In this document: positions 36,201 to 41,594 of the stretch, piece by piece
Numbering within the stretch: the first letter of the stretch is position 1
How the letters are laid out: each line of letters begins with the position of its first letter
NCBI GenBank assembly: GCA_002633005.1
Contig: NMRA01000013.1
Span: forward strand, 1 to 41,594
Length of the DNA stretch: 41,594 bases
Source of the DNA: Phoronis australis
Lineage: Eukaryota > Animalia > Phoronida
Reading direction: 5' to 3'
Translations under genes and position numbers: made by a program
The notes under the pieces: generated by a model
Told to the model about the DNA's origin: nothing
Databases searched by the model: none
What the model saw: the letters and a program-made list of their open reading frames with translations, nothing else

Positions 36201-38467
36201 CATGCTGAGAATGAAAAAAGGCCACTTTCTCGGCTGTAGCTGCACTCTTCTTCAAGATGGTGCCCCCTGTAGCAATTGTGCATTGCTGTGTAGCAACTGA
36301 GAAATTGGCCGCGAGTTCAGGTAGCCCTCAAACAAGCCAGATTTGCAAAAAAAAACTAGTTGGTGTACAGTACTTTTGAACCACATTTTTGGAATCGGTA
36401 GGAAATTTGCTTTCACAATCTACAGTAATCTAGTCGAGCTTTGGCAGGGAAGTGGTGATTTTGGGGTCAAAAGTGCCAATTTTGCATTTTTGCTTGGTTT
36501 TCACTGGGAGAGAAAGGGTCAAAAATACAAGTGAGTACAAAGGTTCTGTGCTCATTTGTAGGGCTTGTGATGTGAAATGACTCAAAACTTTTCTTTGTTT
36601 GCATGCAGTTTTTGACAGAGTGAAGAAAGGCTGAAGAGTCCATTGATGTATGTTCTGATAGGCAAATCCCTGTGAGAACTGTTCAGTGCCTCCTAACATT
36701 GACCGGAATCTAAGCATTACACAAACGCAGTATATTCGATGCGTTTGTAACCATAAAACATCGGTATTTTTCCTATAAAATTCCGAGGAAGTTGAAGAAT
36801 GTTATTAGGAAAGTATAAATTGCTAGTGGTGTTGCAGTAGCGTGCAGAAGGGGGGGGCGAAGGGGCTACGAACACTCACCCACATTGCCAGGGTCATCTA
36901 GTTAATATAAATAAAAGTTATGAAATTGTTACTGATTAGTAGTTAATTATTTTCTCTTTCTTAGAACTAGGATTCATGCATTTGAGTAAAGAGATGGGCA
37001 TCCAATAAAGAAATCGCCCCTGGCGTTACCAATCCTCTGCACGCTACTGGCTTTTTGCACTTACAAAACTGACTGCCCTGTGTATGATTTCTAGATGACC
37101 GTGTACAGTGTATATTAGCGTGCCTAAAGTGCATGTACTAGAAATCTTAATGTCAGATTTCTGGTGCTAGTACTTTTAGCCCACGAGAGGCTGCCATTGA
37201 AATGAAAATGGAGTTTGACCACGTATTGGAGAAAGACCGTACATGTTATTTTCTTCTAGTAATCTGCAAAGGATTCTGATTTTCACATTTAATGCGTCTT
37301 AACTGGTGCTGGCTCCGAAATTTCTTTCTTCAATTACAGTAATTGTGACTTTAACACAATCTTTTCATTTGAAAAGTCTGCTACTGTAAGGGATCGACAT
37401 TTGACAGTATGTTCAGTGACGCCATTTCCATTTTTGTCACCAATGGGATAGAAAGTGAGGACTGGATTTTGACGCTTTTTCCATGTTTGGTGTCGAGATA
37501 AGAAAAGGACTTCTTGAGCACTAGCATGATTCCAGCCACTCCGGATTTAAATAATAAATGCATGTGCAACTCTTCATATTCAAAGCCTTGTATGATAAAA
37601 TGCAGCCAGAGTAATCACAGGGAGAGCTTTCAAAATTCCTTTCAATACACGTAACTTTTGACAGCAAATACTTCCAATAATAAAGTTGCCAAAAATTGTT
37701 GAGCTTTGGAAAGATAGCAGTCATTGTTTTCAACTCTAACTAATTATTCGCTTATATTTCAGAACCATAACTTACATATTTCAAACTCAATCATTATTGC
37801 ATATTGACCAGCCACGGAGCTCTTTGAATCTACAGTGTACAATGCCCGCGAATAAGTGCTGCTATTTCCCATGTCTCAAGATTTCCTGTAAAGGTCACTG
37901 TACGGTTCTACTCTTCCTAAACATGTTTTTGCGATCGTGTAAAGTTAGAAACTTTTCATGCTGAAGTGTAATAGAATCGAGACTTTCTACATGTACGTTG
38001 GTGCTCTTGATACATCTGGCTTGGACACGACCGAATCCAGATCAAATGAACAGCATTAAGCATTCTAGTTCACGTATGAGGCATTTGTGTTGTAAATTTT
38101 GAAGCAGTGCTCTTCTTTAGCTATTCGGTGTAGGCCTAGACGCTCACCTGCAAAGTGATCAACAAAATATCAGTTCTGACCTTCATCAACCCAAATCCAA
38201 GCAATTTACATAATCGAGAGGTACATGATTGTGCGTATAAACGTAAAACAGACCTGATATCTTGTCAACAAAATTAGGTTTTAAGCTGACTAAGGAAATA
38301 TTTCCATTGCAGGTTTAAGTCTCTTCAAGTCAGTTGTCGACAGACCACGTACTGAAATTCACAAAGCGACAAAAGCATTTCTCATTGCTGTGGGAGTGTT
38401 TTACGTTACTTGCGGCATCTTGTTTTTTGGAGGGTCAATGGTACAAGAAGTTCTAAGCTATCAGTAA
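6458..38467 (+). CDS. SLC38A7: SLC38 family (SNAT7/SNAT8-like) amino-acid transporter, 8 coding exons, 448 aa: join(6458-6509,18004-18200,22370-22568,27229-27364,29996-30143,32204-32463,33988-34187,38313-38467)
   Basis: All introns are GT-AG and the phases (1,0,1,2,0,2,1) join into one 1347-nt ORF. Motifs follow SLC38A7 in order: GxGVLxLPWAYxxAGG; GLVILxxxA...SYQE; GDYIEK; WYGNQK...LLPMCLMREI; VVVKYF; CH...FGYLTFG...DVILSY; PVIFFCVR; ERKRR...VPDI...GGL...VFPGL. This is a divergent paralogue and orthology is not established. Confidence 0.88.
7638..7961 (+). repeat. tRNA-derived repeat: one ~237-bp unit plus ~87 bp of a tandem second unit
   Basis: TGGTTCGACTCYCAGTTGGGGTTCCTGATTTTTC...GCGTCTATATATTTA occurs at 7638 and 7875. 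B-box GGTTCGACTCC. Confidence 0.85.
7960..8208 (-). mobile_element. Non-LTR retrotransposon (LINE) reverse-transcriptase fragment
   Basis: The minus strand reads NINSPLYADDMVLCS...LNCLNDYCDSWGIGVNLKKTKIIVFRNGG...VEAVCHYKYL, i.e. the YADD catalytic motif and the downstream 'W.L.VN..KTK..VF...YKYL' LINE RT segment. Confidence 0.9.
9389..10185 (+). pseudogene. THAP-domain transposase N-terminus (THAP, Ser-rich linker, CxxC...CxxxH finger), two premature stops, catalytic core deleted
   Basis: MPHCCCVPECTN*RLTRALGVPLHRFPMDDTLRRTWLVRVKN...T*KAVENYRVCGKHFLPSDY...RLKKDVF, then KFIVDLSKVLELFRRCQVCG...GAQVTIQWECVAGHSGKWDS. Same frame as ORF 9548-10390. Confidence 0.9.
10180..10476 (-). pseudogene. KolX / P2X7-intracellular-tail-like Cys-rich protein, N-terminal fragment with one stop
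   Basis: From ATG 10476: MAGVGDPYHSDSSVSDGDLVHSSGDEEFFHGHSVGGYMFEPECNEAEYAQA*AAVERNEAATEDRRGDTSWCKCTVCVVMPTSMECLCCSEFDEAKPLLD, containing the WCxCxxC..M....ECxCCxE motif. Absent from the ORF track. Confidence 0.85.
12215..12288. repeat. (TG)37 microsatellite
   Basis: Pure TG run. Confidence 0.98.
14600..15684 (-). mobile_element. Decayed DNA transposon, Academ-like transposase remnant with one terminus
   Basis: The minus strand reads TEIGALPLL...HEWSTLLTVVMQ...TVISCDMGLYQRVAQL...VIPRIGELLAVMASLRDL...SIEYSGIDNAWIE/AGVLGTVTTRQIL. This resembles the 'VIT.D..LY..A...RLG.(L)H..M...GSGL' core I recall for Academ. A candidate TAG-starting end (TAGTGAGG on the - strand) is at 15684, with CCAAGATGGC at ~15553. 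Confidence 0.65.
16074..16491. mobile_element. Foldback-like MITE with repeated ACTACTCC / GGAGTAGT subterminal motifs
   Basis: CACTACTCC-like repeats at 16085-16138 are mirrored by CGGAGTAGT repeats at 16415-16483. Confidence 0.5.
17240..17334 (+). mobile_element. MITE, CAGGGGCGG...CCGCCACTG family (partly collapsed at an n)
   Basis: TIR-like ends. The internal sequence is the reverse complement of the copies at 30179 and 40996. Flanks caat-c / caat-g. Confidence 0.8.
18004..18200 (+). CDS. SLC38A7: SLC38A7-like exon 2 (TM1)
   Basis: Acceptor CTTTGTTTTATAG, donor GTAAGT. Encodes GISWYAATFLTVSSCVGIGVLELPWAYNVAGGLLPASIVHY. Confidence 0.92.
19453..19700 (+). mobile_element. 5' end of an ISL2EU/Harbinger-like element with a THAP start remnant
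   Basis: Starts AATAGGCCTTTTGC. ATG at 19617 gives MPK/HCCYGK*TSDSHY (frameshift plus stop), resembling the M..CC.G.C.SDSRY THAP N-terminus I recall for these elements. Confidence 0.5.
19755..20005. mobile_element. Harbinger-like MITE
   Basis: Imperfect TIRs GGGACCCATTCCAAGAA / TTCTTTGAACGGGCCC, 3-bp TSD CAG (19752-54, 20006-08), and internal ACTTAA repeats. Confidence 0.75.
20080..20174 (-). mobile_element. Partial copy of the MITE at 24412-24553
   Basis: The reverse complement shares CTAAAAAGCAAGACTTCGyGAGATTAyGTGAGA...TTTTAAATGAGAAC. Confidence 0.75.
20472..21760 (+). mobile_element. Helentron/HINE-like non-autonomous element with degenerate internal repeats
   Basis: T-rich start, GGCGTCC microrepeats (~20502-20525), recurring GCCCCyTAGTG (20632, 21064, 21513) and CGTCCG...TCTATCTGCCAAAC (20806, 21253), and a subterminal hairpin CACCG-TTTG-CGGTG (~21701). 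Confidence 0.5.
22370..22568 (+). CDS. SLC38A7: SLC38A7-like exon 3
   Basis: Acceptor TTTAACTTTAG, donor GTGAGT. Encodes VALALVTGGLVILIHIANITQACSYQEAM...VVAGDYIEK. Confidence 0.92.
24412..24553. mobile_element. ~140-bp MITE at or within the LINE remnant
   Basis: TIRs CGTTCAGTAACGCTAGGACCT / AGGTCATAGCGTCTACTGAACG. A second copy lies at 20080. Confidence 0.75.
24560..25900 (+). mobile_element. Highly decayed RTE-like LINE (endonuclease C-terminus to RT N-terminus), possibly extending upstream to ~23900
   Basis: FC...LILI...F...SPD...VDRVLIS...DTRSY (APE end); LAYDAEVTARENDTHTLYKSVRKI; EVESAL*KINSGK...SICPDML; EEWTKGFIVKLPK/GDLGNCKTCRPI (RTE-type RT domains 0-1). Confidence 0.8.
26046..26298 (+). 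mobile_element. MITE with CATG...CATG ends (second copy at 32882)
   Basis: CATGTGCGCAC...GGCACGCATG. Shares CCCCyATTTGGCGAAyTGGACAAAAA...GCCTCAG...ATGCACAATTC...ATTCGAGC with 32882-33081. Flanks gagt-g / gagt-t. Confidence 0.75.
27229..27364 (+). CDS. SLC38A7: SLC38A7-like exon 4
   Basis: Acceptor CTCAATTTCAG, donor GTGAGA. Encodes FVARVISEEFVTTWYGNQKSLVTILGVLILLPMCLMREIKGLRYT-S. Not in the ORF track. Confidence 0.92.
29224..29482 (+). mobile_element. MITE, CAGGGGCGGATCC...AATCCGCCACTG family
   Basis: TIR-like ends shared with 17240, 30179 and 40996. Flanks catt-c / catt-a. Confidence 0.8.
29996..30143 (+). CDS. SLC38A7: SLC38A7-like exon 5
   Basis: Acceptor TTTTTCCTCCAG, donor GTAAGG. Encodes YLGFAATTFITSLVVVKYFLRSTDAACFNNNATWIDSLFIAPGVSASYM. 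Not in the ORF track. Confidence 0.92.
30179..30310 (-). mobile_element. MITE of the CAGTGGCGGAT family, one end truncated
   Basis: Colinear with 40996-41143 (CAGTGGCGGATTTAGAGGGGG...CCCAGATTCCATTTG...CTGACGGGCAAAATCCTGGCTAATAC). Confidence 0.8.
32204..32463 (+). CDS. SLC38A7: SLC38A7-like exon 6
   Basis: Acceptor TTCTGTTTCTAG, donor GTACGA. Encodes CHYLIMAVFGAM...VFGYLTFGNAISKDVILSYLPTAD...LSIPVIFFCV-R. Confidence 0.93.
32638..32877. mobile_element. Harbinger-like MITE
   Basis: Imperfect TIRs GGGCCTGTGTCTCAAAAAGTCTATT / AATAGACCCTTTGAGAAACAGATC. Confidence 0.55.
32882..33081 (+). mobile_element. MITE with CATG ends, second copy (collapsed at an n)
   Basis: Homologous to 26046-26298 and ends GGTGCGCGCATG. 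Flanks cttt-a / cttt-t. Confidence 0.7.
33988..34187 (+). CDS. SLC38A7: SLC38A7-like exon 7
   Basis: Acceptor TTTGATTTTAG, donor GTAAGT. Encodes SALQDLWL...GERKRRTCVGV...AVPDIVSAIAYAGGLGFLYSCVFP-G. Confidence 0.93.
36835..37049. mobile_element. hAT-like MITE with 14-bp perfect TIRs
   Basis: CAGTAGCGTGCAGA ... TCTGCACGCTACTG. No clean TSD. Confidence 0.7.
38313..38467 (+). CDS. SLC38A7: SLC38A7-like exon 8 (last TM and stop)
   Basis: Acceptor TTTCCATTGCAG. Encodes GLSLFKSVVDRPRTEIHKATKAFLIAVGVFYVTCGILFFGGSMVQEVLSYQ* (TAA 38465-38467). Not in the ORF track. Confidence 0.9.
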
Positions 38468-38765
38468 CAACAACACAAGTATAATGACCAGAGGCGCGGT
38501 GGAAAAGATGCTACAAGGACAGGATATCCGCAGTGGGACGCACATTGCAGCCCCACAAAATATCTTAGGTCGTACAATAATGCGATTATTGTTTTGAGAC
38601 TCGTCGTTTTAAGTACATGTACATAAACCTGTAACTTCAAAGGTGAAGACCTCACAGACTTTCAAACACGGGTTAATGTTTTAATTTTACATTGTTATAA
38701 TGTGTGTCGTAGTTCATGATTTTACAGTTGCCTTAATACCAGTTTAGACACGCAACCCGTCTGTA

Positions 38766-38771
38766 AATAAA
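38766..38771 (+). terminator. Candidate polyadenylation signal of the SLC38 gene
   Basis: AATAAA ~300 nt after the stop codon. Confidence 0.35.
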
Positions 38772-39392
38772 TATTTGCAGACAGGACACGCTCCAAAAGG
38801 TTTTAAACATTGAAACACAATCTCGTCCAAATTTTCCAAATGAAAATCGCAATTAGTTGTAAGGCCTGGATGAATCAAAACACAGTACCAATTTCTAACC
38901 AGAACAACAAAGTCATTTAAAGAAAGAAATCGGCAGTACATGCAACAATGTCAACATTGTCGACGCACATGTCTTGCTCTCGACGCCATCTTGTCGCTGA
39001 GTCGATATTGCCGTAAGTTAAAGTGTAATTTGCAAGGTCCAAGTATGTTAAATTGCAATATCTTCAAGGTATTGTTATTTGGATGTATTTTATTCAATTC
39101 ATCGTATTATTGTATCTTTAGTTATTTAAAAAAAAGCGAAAATAAGAAAATGCGCGAAAAGTTGACCTTTGACATCGTGATATGGTGTTGGGCAACACAA
39201 ACCAGATCATATCCCACAATGCAGTTCACTGCTAATATATCACAGTACACGAAGAACAATGACCGTTCAACCTTGGCGTGTTTTAGCCATGGTGCGTCGG
39301 TGTGTGTGTGCTAAATATTTTAACACCACCATGGAAGGCATGAGCCCATTTAAGTTCTAAAAAAACAAGCATCTGGCTGTGTAATGGCAGGT

Positions 39393-40075
39393 TTTATGCT
39401 CGGAATATGTCCCGAAAATAATAGGTGCATCGCAAGCTCCGTTGTTCAGAGATACAAAGGAGACCGTGTATAGGCGATATAAGGTCATTTATTATGACTG
39501 ATACGGTACAGAAAATGAGTGTACAAATAACATAAAGATAAAATAATAATCTCTGGAAAGATGGGCAATAAAAAGCGCCCGCACTCAAGTAAGAGGAACT
39601 ACACAAAGGAGAGGGTGGTGGAGGGTGGGAAAAAATGAAGAGAGATTAGCTCGAACCTAAGTGCTGCTAAAGCGAAGTACGGATTGCAGGAAATATAACT
39701 TTCTTGAGAACAAGGGAGCCCTATGACACGTGACAATCATCAGCCTATGGGAGCCAGGAGCTGACCAAACTCGTGGCAGTAATACAAACGAACCAATAGT
39801 GAGGCTGGAAATGGAATGTCCTAGTGCCTCGAGTGCAGGAGGACCGCATGCGAATCTACACCAGGGGTTATTGGACCAGTCCGAAAGATGGGGGTATAAG
39901 AGGGACGAGTCCATATTCTCACATAAATATATTTAACGAGTGAAATATCATTTATGCTCGGAATATGTCCCGAAAATAATAAGTGCGTCGCAAGCTCCAT
40001 TTCCAGAGATACAAAGGAGACCGTGTATAGGCGATATGAGGTCATTTAATATGACTGATAAGGTACAGAAAATGA
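39393..40075. repeat. Two ~125-bp direct repeats (39393-39518, 39951-40075) around a ~430-bp spacer
   Basis: TTTATGCTCGGAATATGTCCCGAAAATAATA...CAGAGATACAAAGGAGACCGTGTATAGGCGATAT...GGTACAGAAAATGA occurs twice. Confidence 0.9.
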
Positions 40076-40995
40076 TGACTGTCGAGTCAGCCAACTGTTG
40101 GAGCCGAAATATGCTCATTTTGAGGACGGCTGCTTTGACGACAAACACATCATGAAGGTTGAAGCTGGTCTTATAAAAAGGTAAGTTACCTTGAGAATTT
40201 TGATGTCTAATAATTCATGACGCTTTCGCAGGGCCTGAACAATAACAATCTTTTTTCACAATCACCGTAGTTCTCGAGTGTTTAAAATCTGTTGTTTTTC
40301 CGTGAAAGATTTAGTTATAAATGGATCAGTAAAACTAAAAACCACAACAAATAAAGCTGATCTGATGCATGTATTTTGAAAAGAATGCAGACTATGAATA
40401 AAGTAAAACAGGATGGTAACTCAATTCCAAGGTTTTGATTATTAAAGTAGTCTGTTTCAAAAAAACAGGATTAAAATCTAGTTTTGGCATTTGCTTGAAG
40501 GTTATAAAAGAAGGCGAAAACTTGCAATTAGATATCATTGTGTTTTACTTAAATCATGGACAACTCTGGATTCAAAATGTTTGTTTTTTTACTTTTGAAT
40601 TGCCGCTGTTGTGCTTTTCAGAGTATGTAAATGAAAGGAGAACACCATCCACTTAGTGCGGAACAAAAGAGAAGCTGGAGATCTTGAAATTCGCTTAGAA
40701 ATTGATGCCCTCCAATGCCGACTGCTGGTGCTCCAGATGTGTCCAAGGAGGATGCCGTGGCACAGATAAATTCAGACTTGGTGCTTTGTCAATGGACAGC
40801 TCTGGAATTTCTTTCCGTCACATTTAACAGTCACAACCAATGTTTTAGATCAAATTTTTGATAGTGGTACAGATAGCAATGCCAGAGTGTTTATAGTACC
40901 AGTAGTGCAAATTGTGAAAAGCTTTTGTGTGTGGTATTTGGCTGTCCCATTTGTATAGATAAACCCAGTGATATACTATGTTCTTATATTGAAAC

Positions 40996-41143
40996 CAGTG
41001 GCAGATTTAGAGGGGGGCCATGCCCCCCCTAAAATTCTCCCAGATTCCATTTGACTGTTTGGGGGTGCGAATGTCTGACGGGCAAAATCCTGGCTAATAC
41101 CGTGCCCTGGCCCCCTTAACTCAAAATCCTGGATCCGCACCTG
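40996..41143 (-). mobile_element. Complete 148-bp MITE of the CAGTGGCGGAT/CAGGGGCGGATCC family
   Basis: CAGTGGCAGATT...GGATCCGCACCTG, flanked by gaaac on both sides. Confidence 0.85.
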
Positions 41144-41594
41144 GAAACATTTCAATGGTTCTTCAATACAATGACTAAAAATATTGCGGCATAGCTGTTT
41201 TAAGTATATTTGATTTGCCCTAAACTGTTGCTGTCCCATACAGTGGATCGGTAAAGGAAGACTTTCTTAAGTGGGGGTGAAAAGGTACTTGTTTGGGTAC
41301 TAGTCAGTATTTTCGTGCGACTATCTCATCTAAATTGTACACAGAATAATCACTTGCACAGAATTCGAACATTGTCTGGGAAATTTTTGAGTGAGTGGTA
41401 TAAGCACTCCCTCCAGATTTCCCAATTCCTACTCATGTGCATAATTTTTGTGTTTTCACACCATGTCATAGACATCTAAAGCTTTTGGGTTGAGATTCAG
41501 TGGTTGCTGTGTCTTGTTATTTGATTTCTCATTGAATTACAGTAGAACTCGCTAAGCTGTATCCAGTGAGACTGAGATATTTCATCAAAGTTAG

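Noticed and set aside
40622-40900. Coding exon of a downstream gene after TTTTCAG (40621)
   Set aside because: Joining it to the 40152 candidate exon gives a stop after a few codons, and no family motif is recognisable.

Overview
Eukaryotic, intron-rich, repeat-dense animal genomic DNA, most like a marine invertebrate, with one N-gap at 2205-2340. The main host feature is an 8-exon + strand SLC38/SNAT7-like amino-acid transporter (6458-38467). I reconstructed it by hand: all introns are GT-AG with consistent phases, giving a 1347-nt CDS (448 aa) with unusual substitutions in TM1, TM3 and TM6. The rest is mostly decayed transposons. Two unrelated, internally deleted Kolobok-type elements (TTAA TSDs) each keep the 5' stubs of a THAP transposase and of a convergent second gene (KolX; a P2X7-tail-like Cys domain is visible in the second element). 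Other remnants include an Academ-like transposase, an ISL2EU/Harbinger-like THAP stub, two LINEs, a Helentron-like element, many MITEs, a 57-bp GC-rich hairpin satellite and a tRNA-derived repeat. Two sequence-level patterns stand out: about 20 sites of the palindrome TACATGTA (the classic Tc1-type excision footprint), and five MITE copies with a '4 bp duplicated + 1 extra base' flank. TE family assignments come from remembered motifs, not database searches.
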